Positions 30,154-41,956 of a stretch of DNA of 64,000 nt are shown in pieces; position 1 is the first letter of the stretch; every line of letters begins with the position of its first letter. This stretch comes from an uncultured Arcobacter sp. (lineage in GTDB: Bacteria > Campylobacterota > Campylobacteria > Campylobacterales > Arcobacteraceae). Both the position numbers and the translations under genes were made by a program. The DNA lies in assembly GCA_965140705.1 (NCBI GenBank), contig OZ223302.1, positions 288,001 to 352,000 on the forward strand, given 5' to 3'. Below the pieces are notes generated by a model, which made no database searches, was not told the DNA's origin, and worked only from the letters and a program-made list of their open reading frames with translations.

Positions 30154-31950
30154 ATGTTAAGCAATCAGTTATTCGATATCAAAAGTATCCATGACTCATA
30201 TAAAAAAGGTGTAACTCCTAAGGATATTGTAACTGAGGTTTACAATAGAATAAAAAAAGTAAATGATAATGGAATATTTATTCATCTACAAGCAATAGAA
30301 GATATATTTGAACAAACATCATCTTTAGAAGAGATGAATTTAAGTGAAAAACCACTTTGGGGAATCCCCTTTACAGTAAAAGATAATATTGATGTAGCGG
30401 GTATTCCTACAACTGCTGCTTGTCCTGCATATGAATATATTGCAAAAGAAGATGCATTTGTAGTAAAAGTTTTAAAAGAAGCAGGTGCCATTTGTATAGG
30501 AAAAACAAATCTAGACCAATTTGCAACTGGCTTAGTAGGAATTAGAACACCCTATGGAGCACCTAAAAATGCCCTTGATGAAAAAATCATTCCAGGTGGT
30601 TCTAGTTGTGGTTCTGCTGTTGCTGTTTCTCACCAATTATTTAGCTTCTCCCTTGGAACTGATACAGCAGGTTCTGGAAGAATTCCAGCAGCACTTAATA
30701 ATCTAGTTGGACTAAAACCAACTTTAGGGGCTTTTTCAAAAAGAGGTGTTGTACCTGCTTGTCTTACAGTTGATACTGTTTCAGTTTTTGCTTTAAATAT
30801 TGAAGATGCTTATGATATTTTTGAAATTGCTAGCAAACATGACCCAAAAGATCCCTACTCTAAAAAAAGACCTAAAAACAAATATAAAAATACCCAAGAT
30901 GTAGTTGTGGCTATTCCAAATAGCGATTCTCAAATTTTTATTGATGATGAAATTCAAAGAAAATCATACGAAGAGACAATCTCACTTATAAAAGGAAAAG
31001 GTTTTAAAACTATAGAAATAGACTTGAAACCTTTTTTTGAAGTTGCACAATTATTATATGAAGGTACTTGGTTAGCTGAAAGATATACGGTAATTGGGGA
31101 TATGATAAAAAATCAACCAGATGATATTTTAGATATTACTAGAACACTAATTCAAAAAGCAGAAACCTTTTCTGCAAGTGATGTATATAGAGATATTTAT
31201 AGATTCAATGAACTTAAAAAAGAGATTGAACCAGTATTAGAACAATTTGACATCTTATGTTTACCATCAATGCCAAGGGTTGCAAGTGTAAAAGAGATAG
31301 AAGAAGAGCCAATAAAAGCAAACTCTAGACTTGGTATTTATACAAACTTTGTAAATCTATTAGACCTAAGTGCCATAGCAATTCCAGTAAATAAAAGAGA
31401 AGATGGTTTTGCAGGAGGAGTTACTATCATAGCAAATGCCTTTGAAGAACTAAAACTTGCTAAGTTTGCAAAATATATCCAAAAAGATATGAGTTTGACT
31501 TATGGAAATAGTGATGTTGAAGTAAAGTTAAGTGATGATGATACTTTTGGCGTAAGTTATGATGAGATAGAAGTGGCTGTTGTAGGAGCACATCTTAGAG
31601 GAATGCCACTAAATAAAGACTTAGTTAAATTAAATGCAAGGTTTTTATATGAAGCAAAAACAACTCCAAATTACAAACTTTTTAAACTTCAAGGAGAGGA
31701 AATACTAAAACCGGGACTTATTCAAGATGAAAATGGAGTTTCAATTGACTTAGAAGTTTGGGCAATGCCAATTGAAAATTTAGGAGAATTTGAAAGAACT
31801 ATTTCAAAACCATTATGCATTGGTTCAATTGAATTAGAAAATAAAAAAACTGTAAAAGGTTTTTTATGTGAACCAAGTGGATTAATTGGTGCTGTTGATA
31901 TTTCAAATTTTGGTGGCTGGAAAGCTTTTTTAAATTCAAAAAAAAATTAA
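30154..31950 (+). CDS. atzF: Allophanate hydrolase
   Basis: VKDNIDVAG, GKTNLDQFATGLVG, GGSSCGS, GTDTAGSGRIPA; C-domain VVGAHLRGMPLN. Confidence 0.92.
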   Translation: MLSNQLFDIKSIHDSYKKGVTPKDIVTEVYNRIKKVNDNGIFIHLQAIEDIFEQTSSLEEMNLSEKPLWGIPFTVKDNIDVAGIPTTAACPAYEYIAKEDAFVVKVLKEAGAICIGKTNLDQFATGLVGIRTPYGAPKNALDEKIIPGGSSCGSAVAVSHQLFSFSLGTDTAGSGRIPAALNNLVGLKPTLGAFSKRGVVPACLTVDTVSVFALNIEDAYDIFEIASKHDPKDPYSKKRPKNKYKNTQDVVVAIPNSDSQIFIDDEIQRKSYEETISLIKGKGFKTIEIDLKPFFEVAQLLYEGTWLAERYTVIGDMIKNQPDDILDITRTLIQKAETFSASDVYRDIYRFNELKKEIEPVLEQFDILCLPSMPRVASVKEIEEEPIKANSRLGIYTNFVNLLDLSAIAIPVNKREDGFAGGVTIIANAFEELKLAKFAKYIQKDMSLTYGNSDVEVKLSDDDTFGVSYDEIEVAVVGAHLRGMPLNKDLVKLNARFLYEAKTTPNYKLFKLQGEEILKPGLIQDENGVSIDLEVWAMPIENLGEFERTISKPLCIGSIELENKKTVKGFLCEPSGLIGAVDISNFGGWKAFLNSKKN

Positions 31951-31965
31951 ATTAAAGGATAAAAA

Positions 31966-33582
31966 ATGGAAAGAAGAGATTTTATGAAAATAGCAGGGGC
32001 TGCTTCAATACTGCCTTTTTTAAGATATTTACCAACTGAAGCAAATGCAGCAACAGGAAATAATGGTGTTTTAGTAGTTGTAAGTGGAAACAATATTAAT
32101 AGTTTAGATTTACATAGAAAAGGTACAAATAGACCTAGTTATCAAGTTACAGTAAATATTTATGACAGACTTGTGAAATTTGGAGTTAAAACTCTTCCTG
32201 ATGGCTCAATGTCATATGATTCTACAAAAATAGAACCAGAAGTTGCCCAATCATGGGAGTTTTCTGATGATAAAAAATCAATTATTTTTAAACTCAATCC
32301 AAAGGCTAAATTTTGGGATGGTACACCAGTTACTGCACATGATGTTAAATGGTCTTTTGATAGAGCTGTTACTTTAGGTGGTTTCCCAACTGTACAGATG
32401 AAAGCTGGTTCTATGTCAGATCCTAAACAGTTTGTTGTTGTTGATGATATGACATTTAGAATTGACTTACCATTTCCTTCTAAATTAACACTTCCTGATT
32501 TAGCTGTTCCAATTCCTTTTATTATCAACTCAAAAGTTGCTAAAGCACATGCTACTGCAAATGACCCTTGGGCTACAGAATATTTACATAAAACTCCTGC
32601 TGGTTCAGGACCATATAAAATCTTAAGATGGGATCCGGGTCAACAATTTGTTTACCAAAGAAATGAAGATTATGCAATAGCTCCAAAACCTGCAATAAAA
32701 AGAGTAATAGTAAGAGAAGTACCATCAGCTTCTACAAGAAGAGCATTATTAGAGAGAAAAGATGCAGATCTTTATACAAATGTTCCTCCAAAAGATGTAA
32801 AAGAGTTCAAAGAAGAGGGCAAAATAAAAGTTTCTGGTGCTCCTATTGATAACTGTATACATGTTTTAGGATTAAATGTAAAATATAAACCTTTTGATAA
32901 TAAAAAAGTTAGACAAGCTATTGCTTATGCTATTCCTTATGAAGAAATTTTATCATCAGCTGCTTATGGAAGAGGAAAACCTATGTTTGGAGCAAGTAAT
33001 AAAACTCCATCAAATATTGTATGGCCTCAACCATCTCCTTATAATACAAATATAGAAAAAGCTAAAAAACTATTAGAAGAAGCTGGATTTAAAGATGGCT
33101 TTGAAACAACACTTTCATATAATTTAGGTCTTGCATCATGGCAAGAACCAACAGCACTTCTAATCCAAGAAGGATTGAAAAAAATAGGTATAAAAGCTAA
33201 GTTAGACAAAATTCCAGGGGCAAATTGGAGAACAGCAGCACTTGTTGAAAAAAGACTTCCTATGCACTTAGAAAACTTTGGAGGGTGGTTAAATTACCCT
33301 GATTATTACTTTTTCTGGGCTTATAAATATGGACACTTATTTAATTCATCAAATTATAAAAATGAAAAAATTGAGAAACTAACAGATGAAACACTTCATA
33401 TGGAAATAGATAATCCAAAATATGAAAATATGATTAAAGAGATGATTGAAATAGTTTATGATGATGTTCCTAGAATACCATTATACCAACCATATCTAGA
33501 CGCAGCAATGCAAAAAAATATAAATGGCTATGTTTCATGGTTCCATAGACAACTTGATTGTACAACCATTACAAAATCATGA
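31966..33582 (+). CDS. Peptide/nickel-type ABC substrate-binding protein with Tat signal
   Basis: MERRDFMK leader; AKFWDGTPVTAHDVKWSFDR, GSGPY, VRQAIAYA. Confidence 0.9.
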   Translation: MERRDFMKIAGAASILPFLRYLPTEANAATGNNGVLVVVSGNNINSLDLHRKGTNRPSYQVTVNIYDRLVKFGVKTLPDGSMSYDSTKIEPEVAQSWEFSDDKKSIIFKLNPKAKFWDGTPVTAHDVKWSFDRAVTLGGFPTVQMKAGSMSDPKQFVVVDDMTFRIDLPFPSKLTLPDLAVPIPFIINSKVAKAHATANDPWATEYLHKTPAGSGPYKILRWDPGQQFVYQRNEDYAIAPKPAIKRVIVREVPSASTRRALLERKDADLYTNVPPKDVKEFKEEGKIKVSGAPIDNCIHVLGLNVKYKPFDNKKVRQAIAYAIPYEEILSSAAYGRGKPMFGASNKTPSNIVWPQPSPYNTNIEKAKKLLEEAGFKDGFETTLSYNLGLASWQEPTALLIQEGLKKIGIKAKLDKIPGANWRTAALVEKRLPMHLENFGGWLNYPDYYFFWAYKYGHLFNSSNYKNEKIEKLTDETLHMEIDNPKYENMIKEMIEIVYDDVPRIPLYQPYLDAAMQKNINGYVSWFHRQLDCTTITKS

Positions 33583-34601
33583 AAAATAAAGTAATACAAA
33601 TATTAAGAAGATTGTTTCAATCAATCCCTTCAATTATAGGTATTGTCATAATCTCTTTTTTATTAACAAGAGCACTTCCAGGTGACCCAGCAGTTTATTT
33701 TGCTGGGGCTATGGCAGATAAAGAATCAATTGAGCAAGTACGGGTTTCTTTGGGTTTAGATAAAGGTATTGTTGAACAATTTTTTATCTATGTACAAAAT
33801 CTTTTTCATGGTAATTTAGGTATGTCTTTAAATACTGGTATTCCTGTTTTACAAGAGTTAACTACTAGACTTCCAGCCTCATTGGAATTAACTTTTTTAG
33901 GTCTAAGTTTTGCATTAATAATTGCAATTCCCTTAGGAATTTTATCTGCAACGAAACCTGGAACTTGGATTGACCATCTAACTAGAGTATTAGTTACTAT
34001 GGGAGTATCTTTACCTACGTTTTTTACGGGACTTTTTTTGATATACATTTTTTATTATCTTTTAGGAGTAGCACCCTCTCCTATTGGGCGACTTGATATT
34101 TTGTATTTATCACCTCCCCATGTAACAGGATTTTATACTATTGATTCTTTATTAGCAAATGATATGGAGACATTTTGGGCAAGTGTAAGACAGTTAATGT
34201 TACCTGCAATTACACTAGGAATATTTGCTCTAGCACCAATTGCTAGGATGACAAGAGCTTCCATGTTAAATGCTTTGTCAAGTGATTTTATAAGAACTGC
34301 AAGAGCAAATGGTCTGCCAAGAAGTAAGATATTAATAACTTATGCCCTTAGAAACTCTTTATTATCAATACTTACAACACTAGGAATGGTTTTTTCATTT
34401 CTTTTAGGTGCAAATGTATTGGTTGAAAAAGTATTTTCTTGGCCTGGGATTGGTTCTTTTGCTATTGAAGCACTTGTGGCTTCTGATTATGCAGCGGTTC
34501 AAGGTTTTGTACTTACTATGGCATTACTTTTTGTTGTGGTAAATTTAACTATTGACATAATTTTAACTCTTATTGACCCCCGTGTCTCTATAGATAATTA
34601 G
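33579..34601 (+). CDS. Peptide-type ABC permease (DppB-like)
   Basis: LPGDPA, ARMTRASM, TARANGL; ATGA overlap start. Confidence 0.9.
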   Translation: MKNKVIQILRRLFQSIPSIIGIVIISFLLTRALPGDPAVYFAGAMADKESIEQVRVSLGLDKGIVEQFFIYVQNLFHGNLGMSLNTGIPVLQELTTRLPASLELTFLGLSFALIIAIPLGILSATKPGTWIDHLTRVLVTMGVSLPTFFTGLFLIYIFYYLLGVAPSPIGRLDILYLSPPHVTGFYTIDSLLANDMETFWASVRQLMLPAITLGIFALAPIARMTRASMLNALSSDFIRTARANGLPRSKILITYALRNSLLSILTTLGMVFSFLLGANVLVEKVFSWPGIGSFAIEALVASDYAAVQGFVLTMALLFVVVNLTIDIILTLIDPRVSIDN

Positions 34602-34609
34602 GAAAAAAT

Positions 34610-35455
34610 ATGAAACAATTTTTTACACATTTTAAATATATTTTAAAAGATAATTTAATTACAGCATTTTCATTTTTCATGTTTTTTGCTTTTGTATTTT
34701 TGGCTATATTTGGTTCAGCTATTGCACCTTATGATCCACTTTTGACAAATGCACATGCAGTTTTATCTCCTCCCTCTTGGGAGCACCTATTTGGAACTGA
34801 TAACTTAGGAAGAGATGTTTTAAGTAGAGTAATAGTTGCTACAAAACTTGATTTATGGATAGCTTTTTCAGCAGTAATTTTATCCTTTATCATTGGTAGT
34901 GCTTTTGGGGCAATTGCTGGTTATTTAGGTGGTTGGGCTGATAAGATAATTGGTCGATTTTCTGATGCAATTATGGCTTTCCCACTTTTTGTTTTAGCAA
35001 TGGGAATTGTGGCAACTTTAGGTAATTCTATTGAAAATATTATTTACGCAACTGCTGTTATTAATATACCATTTTATGCAAGAGTAACAAGAGCCGAAGT
35101 TTTAATAAGAAGAGATGCAGGATATGTACAAGCTGCAAGACTAAATGGAAATTCAGATTTTAGAATCCTTACTTTTCAAATATTTCCAAACTGTTTGCCA
35201 CCTATGATGATACAAATTTCTTTAAATATGGGTTGGGCAATATTAAATGCAGCAGGATTATCATTTATAGGATTAGGTGTTAGACCACCTGATGCAGAGT
35301 GGGGAATTATGGTAGCTCAAGGAGCCACATATATTGTTTCAGGAGAGTGGTGGTTAGCCTTATTTCCAGGACTTGCACTTATGCTTGCAGTATTTTGTTT
35401 TAATCTATTAGGTGATGGATTAAGAGATTTAGTAGACCCTAAAAAAAGAACATAA
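34610..35455 (+). CDS. Peptide-type ABC permease (DppC-like)
   Basis: HLFGTDNLGRD, LSFIGLG, NLLGDGLRD. Confidence 0.9.
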   Translation: MKQFFTHFKYILKDNLITAFSFFMFFAFVFLAIFGSAIAPYDPLLTNAHAVLSPPSWEHLFGTDNLGRDVLSRVIVATKLDLWIAFSAVILSFIIGSAFGAIAGYLGGWADKIIGRFSDAIMAFPLFVLAMGIVATLGNSIENIIYATAVINIPFYARVTRAEVLIRRDAGYVQAARLNGNSDFRILTFQIFPNCLPPMMIQISLNMGWAILNAAGLSFIGLGVRPPDAEWGIMVAQGATYIVSGEWWLALFPGLALMLAVFCFNLLGDGLRDLVDPKKRT

Positions 35456-35467
35456 GGAGCTAATATT

Positions 35468-37177
35468 ATGTATTCATTTTTAAAAATAGATGAGTTATCA
35501 ATAGATTTTAAAACACGAAATGGAACAGTTCATGGACTAAAAAAAGCCTCAATGAATATCCAAAAAGGTGAGATTTTAGGAGTAATTGGAGAGAGTGGTT
35601 CTGGTAAATCAATTACAGCTTTTACAGTAATGGGATTATTAGATAGTGCAGGAAGAGTATCAAATGGAAAAATAGAGTTTGAAGGATTTACTTTAACAAC
35701 TGCAAAAGAGAAGGATTTAAGAGAAATCAGAGGAAGAGAAATCTCTATGATATTTCAAAACCCAAGAGCTGCTTTAAATCCTATAAGATATGTGGGTAAA
35801 CAAATAGAAGATGTACTTATTTGTCACCATCAAGCAAGTCCACAAAATGCAAAAGAAAAAGCGATAAAAATACTTGAAAAAGTAAAAATAATAAATCCCG
35901 AAGATAGATATTGGTCTTATCCTTTTGAACTATCAGGTGGAATGTGCCAAAGGATTATGATAGCAATTGCAATTGCTTGTAATCCAAGACTTTTAATAGC
36001 AGATGAACCAACAACAGGACTTGATGTTACTACTCAAAAGGTAATAATGGATTTAATTAAAGATTTGGCAAAAGAGCACCATATGGCTGTTATGTTAATA
36101 ACCCATGACCTTGGAATGGCAGCAATGTATTGTGATAATATTTGTGTTATGCAAAAGGGTGAAATAGTAGAAAAAAATAGTGTTTATGAACTTTTTACAA
36201 AACCAAAACACCCTTATACAATAAAACTAATAGCAGCATCCCCTGGTCCAAAATCTAAACTTTCAGATTTGACTGCTATTCCTGAAGAGATGGAAGGTGA
36301 AAAGATAGTCTCAAAAAAGCAAATACACAACGAAATAACAAAAAAAGGTGAAGTTATTTTAGAAGTTTTAAATTTAGTTAAAAAGTTTCCTCTAAGGGAC
36401 AAAAGTAGCCTCTTTGCAAAGAAAAAAGAAGAGAATACTTTCACAGCAGTAAATGGAATAAGCTTCAATCTAAAAAAAGGTGAAAGTTTAGGATTAGTAG
36501 GAGAATCAGGTTGTGGTAAATCTACAACATCAAATATGATTACAAAACTTTTAGACCCAACTTCTGGTGATATAATTTTGGAAAATGAAAATATCACAGC
36601 TTACACATCTAAACAATTTGCAGCCATGAAACAAAGAAATAAAATACAAATGGTATTTCAAGATCCAACAGATAGTTTAAATCCTAGATTTAATGCTTTT
36701 GATTGTATTGCAGAGCCCCTTAGACGACTTTTGAAAATGAGAGACAGAAAAAAAATAAAAGAAAAAGTAGAAGAATTATCTTTAATGGTAGGACTTCCTA
36801 TTCATTTACTCTCTAGATTTCCCCACCAACTTTCAGGTGGTCAAAAAGCAAGGGTAGGAATAGCAAGAGCAATATCAGTAAATCCAAAGATTTTAATTCT
36901 AGATGAGCCAACTTCTGCCCTTGATGTGTCAGTTCAAGCTGTAGTTTTACAGTTATTGGATAGATTAAAAAAAGAGTTAGGTATGAGTTATATCTTTGTT
37001 TCACATGATTTAAATGTTGTAAAACTATTATGTGAAAGGGTTATTGTGATGAATAGAGGTGAAATAGTTGAACAAGGAACTGTCCATGATATTTTGGAAA
37101 ATCCACAAAAAGATTATACAAAAAAACTTATTGCATCGATTCCTCATTTTGAGCCAAATAAACTAAAAATGGCTTAA
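35468..37177 (+). CDS. Dual-domain ABC ATPase (fused DppD/F-like)
   Basis: Two Walker A motifs ([16 protein letters not shown]) and two LSGG signatures. Confidence 0.92.
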   Translation: MYSFLKIDELSIDFKTRNGTVHGLKKASMNIQKGEILGVIGESGSGKSITAFTVMGLLDSAGRVSNGKIEFEGFTLTTAKEKDLREIRGREISMIFQNPRAALNPIRYVGKQIEDVLICHHQASPQNAKEKAIKILEKVKIINPEDRYWSYPFELSGGMCQRIMIAIAIACNPRLLIADEPTTGLDVTTQKVIMDLIKDLAKEHHMAVMLITHDLGMAAMYCDNICVMQKGEIVEKNSVYELFTKPKHPYTIKLIAASPGPKSKLSDLTAIPEEMEGEKIVSKKQIHNEITKKGEVILEVLNLVKKFPLRDKSSLFAKKKEENTFTAVNGISFNLKKGESLGLVGESGCGKSTTSNMITKLLDPTSGDIILENENITAYTSKQFAAMKQRNKIQMVFQDPTDSLNPRFNAFDCIAEPLRRLLKMRDRKKIKEKVEELSLMVGLPIHLLSRFPHQLSGGQKARVGIARAISVNPKILILDEPTSALDVSVQAVVLQLLDRLKKELGMSYIFVSHDLNVVKLLCERVIVMNRGEIVEQGTVHDILENPQKDYTKKLIASIPHFEPNKLKMA

Positions 37178-37210
37178 TTTGCAAAGAAGAAGAATAGGAT
37201 ATAATTCCAT

Positions 37211-37891
37211 ATGAAAAATATATTAAAATACCTTACTGTACTATATGTTGAAGATGATAATGAAGTAAGAGAAAATATCACAAATACTATTTCAAATATT
37301 GTTAAAAAAGTCTATTCAGCCTCAAACGCCAAAGAGGCTTTAGAAATATATGATGATGTAAAGCCTGATATTATCTTTACAGATATTGATATGGAAGGTA
37401 TGAATGGACTAGAACTTATCAAAGAGATAAGAGAAGAAGATAGCCAAACTCCAGTTGTAGTAATAACAGCTTATAAAACAGAGAGCTTTCTAATGGAAGC
37501 TGTCTCTTTACATCTAGAGTCTTATATCATAAAACCTATCTCTTATACCTCTTTAAAAGAGGCTTTATTTACTTGTTCACAAAAACTATTAGAAAGAAAT
37601 AAATTCGAAATAACATTCCCAAATGGTTCAAAATATAACTTGCATAACCATATATTTACTAATAATACAAATGAAATAGAAAAACTACAAAATAAAGAGA
37701 GACTTCTTTTAGAAACATTAATTGAGTATAAAAATGAACTTGTATTTTATGATATTATTGAAGAAAATGTTTGGGAAGGAGACCTTTTAAATAAAGGAAC
37801 ACTAAAAGTATTAATTGGAAAACTTCGTCAAAAAATAGGGAAAGAGAGTATTTTAAATGAAAATGAACAGGGTTATAGGCTTTTAATTTGA
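37211..37891 (+). CDS. OmpR-type response regulator
   Basis: VEDD, TDIDM, TAY, KP receiver motifs plus winged-helix C-terminus. Confidence 0.9.
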   Translation: MKNILKYLTVLYVEDDNEVRENITNTISNIVKKVYSASNAKEALEIYDDVKPDIIFTDIDMEGMNGLELIKEIREEDSQTPVVVITAYKTESFLMEAVSLHLESYIIKPISYTSLKEALFTCSQKLLERNKFEITFPNGSKYNLHNHIFTNNTNEIEKLQNKERLLLETLIEYKNELVFYDIIEENVWEGDLLNKGTLKVLIGKLRQKIGKESILNENEQGYRLLI

Positions 37892-39591
37892 TAGGAAATA
37901 AATATAAACTACATGTATCTTCCATAATAATTATTGGACTATTTTTATCCATATCAATTAGTTATCTTATTAATAATATTGAAGAAAAAAATATACAAGG
38001 TAGATTTCAAAATATAGTCGATGATAAAATAAAATCTTTTTATAGAGAAATTTTAATAAATCTTGAAACTCTATATACCCTATCAATTCTTTATAATAAT
38101 GACCAAATACCAAGTAGAGAAGAGTTTTCAATAGAAGCAAAAAAGATTATAAAAAGACATAGTGCTATTCATGCTTTAGAGTGGATTCCAATAGTTTCAA
38201 ATGAGAAAAGAAAACTTTTCGAAAAGAACTTCTTTTTTACAGAAGAATCAAAAAACAATAATATGATAAAAGTAGGGGAAAAAGATGAATATTTCCCTGT
38301 ATATTATGTGGAACCTTTGAAAAATAATGAAAAGGCTTTAGGCTTTGATTTGTCAAGTGATAAAAATAGATATAAAACCATAAAAAAAGCTTTAGAAACA
38401 AAAAGCCCACAAGTTACTCAAGCAATAGAGTTGGTACAAAAAAAGAATAAAAAAGGTTTTTTAGCTTTTTTACCTATTTTTGATGAAAAGAAAAATATCA
38501 AGAGTTTTATTCTTGGTGTTTTTGTTATAGAAGATATATTTAAAAAATCAATTTTAGAAGAGGATAAAACCTCAAATGAAATAAATTTCAAAATATTTGA
38601 TACTACAAATAATATAAATGAAGAGATTTATTCCCACAACTCTTTAAATAAAATATATAGACACTTAAAATATAAAAAAGACCTGCCAGTTATTTGGTCT
38701 AGACAATGGACTTTTGAAGCAATACCTAGCTTAAGATATATAAATGAAAGAAGAAGTTTTGTTACAGAACTAAGTCTGTTTATTGGAATCCTTTTGACAA
38801 TTATTGTTTCATATAGAATCAATAAATTTTATAACTTGAAATATGAATCAATACAAGAGCTTAAAAATAAAGATGAGATTTTGTATATCCAATCTCGTTA
38901 TGCCACAATTGGAGAAACCCTATCAAATATCGAACATCAATGGAGAAGTCCTTTATCAAAAGTATCTTCAAATATCATCTCCTTACAAAGTGAGATAGAG
39001 TTTAAAGGTATGCCATCTCAAGAAAAACTCCAAAGTTCACTTAATAATATGCAAAATACTTTAGTGTATATGAGTAATCTTGTAGATGAATTTAAAAATT
39101 TCCATATTCAAGATAAAATCAAAACTAACTTCTTATTTGATGATACTTTAGATATCGCCCTAAAACTTTTAGAACACGATTTTACAAAATTAGAATTAAG
39201 AGTTAAAAGGGATAATAAAAAGAATCAAGTAAGAATATATGGCTATCAAAATGAATTTTCACAAGTACTTATTAATATCTTATCTAATTGTAGAGATGCC
39301 TTTATAGAAAGAAGAGTAAATAAGCCTTTAGTGGAAATATTTACCTATGAAAAAGATAATAAAAAGTTTATAACAATAAGAGACAATGCAGGTGGAATAG
39401 ATGAAAAACATATCGAAAATATATTTGAACAATTTTTTACTACAAAACAAAGTTCAGGTATAGGATTGCACTTATGTAAAATGATTATAACTGAACATAT
39501 GAATGGAGAAATAAGTGTAAAAAATGGCACCTTTTATATAAATAAAGAGAAGTGTACTGGTGCTATATTTACAATTGAGCTTCCAGTTTAG
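37888..39591 (+). CDS. CHASE-domain sensor histidine kinase
   Basis: YFPVYYVEPL..NEKALGFDL (CHASE), EHQWRSPL, NILSN, DNAGGI, GIGL. Confidence 0.9.
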   Translation: MIGNKYKLHVSSIIIIGLFLSISISYLINNIEEKNIQGRFQNIVDDKIKSFYREILINLETLYTLSILYNNDQIPSREEFSIEAKKIIKRHSAIHALEWIPIVSNEKRKLFEKNFFFTEESKNNNMIKVGEKDEYFPVYYVEPLKNNEKALGFDLSSDKNRYKTIKKALETKSPQVTQAIELVQKKNKKGFLAFLPIFDEKKNIKSFILGVFVIEDIFKKSILEEDKTSNEINFKIFDTTNNINEEIYSHNSLNKIYRHLKYKKDLPVIWSRQWTFEAIPSLRYINERRSFVTELSLFIGILLTIIVSYRINKFYNLKYESIQELKNKDEILYIQSRYATIGETLSNIEHQWRSPLSKVSSNIISLQSEIEFKGMPSQEKLQSSLNNMQNTLVYMSNLVDEFKNFHIQDKIKTNFLFDDTLDIALKLLEHDFTKLELRVKRDNKKNQVRIYGYQNEFSQVLINILSNCRDAFIERRVNKPLVEIFTYEKDNKKFITIRDNAGGIDEKHIENIFEQFFTTKQSSGIGLHLCKMIITEHMNGEISVKNGTFYINKEKCTGAIFTIELPV

Positions 39592-39735
39592 AAGTTAGGG
39601 AACAAATCTTGTATTAGCAATATGAAAGCCAATAAAAGGATTCAAAATGTTCTCTTTTCTAAAAAAATTTATAAGTAAAACCTTTGTACCTAAATCTAGA
39701 AGTATCTATACTTTTTACAAAGAGGACTCCACTTT

Positions 39736-41844
39736 TTAGTTATTCTCTTTTTTCATATAATCATAAAGATATAAGTATTGTCTTAACTCTTTTAGAGTTT
39801 CATATTTTAAACCTTGTTCAATCCATTGTTTTATTTCAAAGGGGATTTCAAGGGGTTTTAAAAGCTCTTCTTTTTTCTCTTTTGATATTTTTTCATGCTC
39901 ACTTAAAACTGAAACATGTGATAAAATAGAAGTCAAACCCAAGTCTCTTATTTGTGCTATCTCTTCTACTGTTTTCCCATCTTGAATTAACTCAAAAGTC
40001 TCTAAATATGTTTTCGTAAGTTTTTTAAGTGGAGCTTTTTCTTCTAGTTTTTCACTAAACTCCTCTTTTATACTTTTGCATAAAGCTAAAAAACTCTCAC
40101 CATATTTTTCATATTTTACAAGACCTACTCCATTGATATCTAACATCTCTTCTTTTGTAAGGGGAAGTTTTGAAGCTAGCTCTTTTAGAGTTTTATCCCC
40201 AAATATTACATATGCTGGTACTTCACTCTCTTGGGCTATCTCTCTTCTTAAGGTTCTAAATTTCTCATATAACTCTTCATCAAAACTTAGTTCAGTCTTT
40301 TCTTCTTCAATCTTTTGAGCAATACCAAGTTTATCACTATCTATTAGAACTTTCTCATTTCCTTTTAGTATCTCCATACCAAGGTTACTGATTTTTAATG
40401 CTCTAAATTCACCTAAATTTAAAGCTTGTATATCTATAAGTTTATCAGCAATAGCCACCCACTCATTTTTACTTTTATCTGCTCCCAGACCATAAACACT
40501 AAGTTTATCATGTGCAAACTCCAAAAGCTTTTGATTTTTTGAACCCCTTAAAATATCTATAATATGATTTGCTCCAAATCTTTGACCACTTCTATAAACA
40601 GCACTTAAAAACTTTTGAACATCTATACTCACATCAACTTGTTCAATATCACCTTTTGTACAGTTATCACACAAAGTTTTACAATCTTCACACTCATCTT
40701 CAAAATAGTTTGCGATAATTTTATGACGACAATTATTTGATACACAATATCGATACATAGCTTCAAGTTTGTCAAGTCCTGTTTGCTTATATCCTGTATC
40801 TATGGCATCTTCTATTTGTATTTTTCTTTTTACCTCATCGGATTTTGAATAAAGTAAATATACATAAGACATATCCCCATCTCGCCCTGCTCTACCTATC
40901 TCTTGGTAGTAGTTTTCAAGTGTTTTTGGTAAGCTTGTATGAATAACAAATCTTATATTTGATTTATCAATTCCCATACCAAAAGCAATAGTTGCCACAA
41001 CAATATCTATCTTCTCATAAACAAAATCATCATAAACTTCATCTTTAACAGCTGGTGATAATCCAGCATGATAAGCCTTAGCTGTATATCCATTTTCACA
41101 TAAAAATTGTGCCGTACTTTCTGCTTCTTTTCTTGTAAAAGTATAGATAATCCCACACAAGCCTTTGTGTGCTTTTAAAAAACTTAGTATCTGTTTTTTA
41201 CCATTTGAAATTCGAGGTTCAACTTTTATATCAAGGTTATTCCTAACAGTTTTTGCCCTAAAGTGTTTTGCCCCTTGTAAGTTTAAGTTAGAAGCAATAT
41301 CAGCTTCCACCTTTTTTGTAGCAGTTGCAGTAAATGCAGCTATTGGAGTATGGGGAAACAGTCTTTTTAATTTATCAAGGTTTCTATACTCAGCTCTAAA
41401 CTCATGTCCCCAAGCAGATACACAATGGGCTTCATCTATTACAAAATAGTTGATATTGATTCGTTGTAACACTCCTACAAAATCATTTGAAGTAAATCGT
41501 TCAGGTGCTACATAGATAAACTTCAACTCCCCTCGTAAAAGTTTCTGCATAGTAAAGCCATTTTCTTCACCACTTTGTGATGAACTTATCATGTCAGCCT
41601 TTATATCCAATTCATTGAGTGCTTTTATCTGGTCTTGCATAAGGGCAATAAGTGGAGAGATTACAACTGTCGTTCCGTTCATAAGAAGTGCTGGGAGTTG
41701 ATAACAAAGTGATTTACCACCACCAGTTGGTAAGATGGTCAATACATCTTGTTTATTGATGATACTATTTACAACTTCCTCTTGAAAGCTTCGAAAGTGT
41801 TCATGTCCGAAAATATCTTTTAGTATTTTGTGTTTATTATTCAT
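39736..41844 (-). CDS. recQ: DNA helicase RecQ
   Basis: PTGGGKSLCYQLP, DEAHC, QEIGRAGRDG, RQC and HRDC regions. Confidence 0.96.
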   Translation of the reverse strand: MNNKHKILKDIFGHEHFRSFQEEVVNSIINKQDVLTILPTGGGKSLCYQLPALLMNGTTVVISPLIALMQDQIKALNELDIKADMISSSQSGEENGFTMQKLLRGELKFIYVAPERFTSNDFVGVLQRININYFVIDEAHCVSAWGHEFRAEYRNLDKLKRLFPHTPIAAFTATATKKVEADIASNLNLQGAKHFRAKTVRNNLDIKVEPRISNGKKQILSFLKAHKGLCGIIYTFTRKEAESTAQFLCENGYTAKAYHAGLSPAVKDEVYDDFVYEKIDIVVATIAFGMGIDKSNIRFVIHTSLPKTLENYYQEIGRAGRDGDMSYVYLLYSKSDEVKRKIQIEDAIDTGYKQTGLDKLEAMYRYCVSNNCRHKIIANYFEDECEDCKTLCDNCTKGDIEQVDVSIDVQKFLSAVYRSGQRFGANHIIDILRGSKNQKLLEFAHDKLSVYGLGADKSKNEWVAIADKLIDIQALNLGEFRALKISNLGMEILKGNEKVLIDSDKLGIAQKIEEEKTELSFDEELYEKFRTLRREIAQESEVPAYVIFGDKTLKELASKLPLTKEEMLDINGVGLVKYEKYGESFLALCKSIKEEFSEKLEEKAPLKKLTKTYLETFELIQDGKTVEEIAQIRDLGLTSILSHVSVLSEHEKISKEKKEELLKPLEIPFEIKQWIEQGLKYETLKELRQYLYLYDYMKKENN

Positions 41845-41956
41845 TGGGGGATTTTAGCATAGTTAGTGTTAGGGGTGTATGAAAAAATCATTACATTATG
41901 ATTTTAAGGGTATTTTATATAGAATGTGAACAATTAATTATATCTGAGGAATTTAG

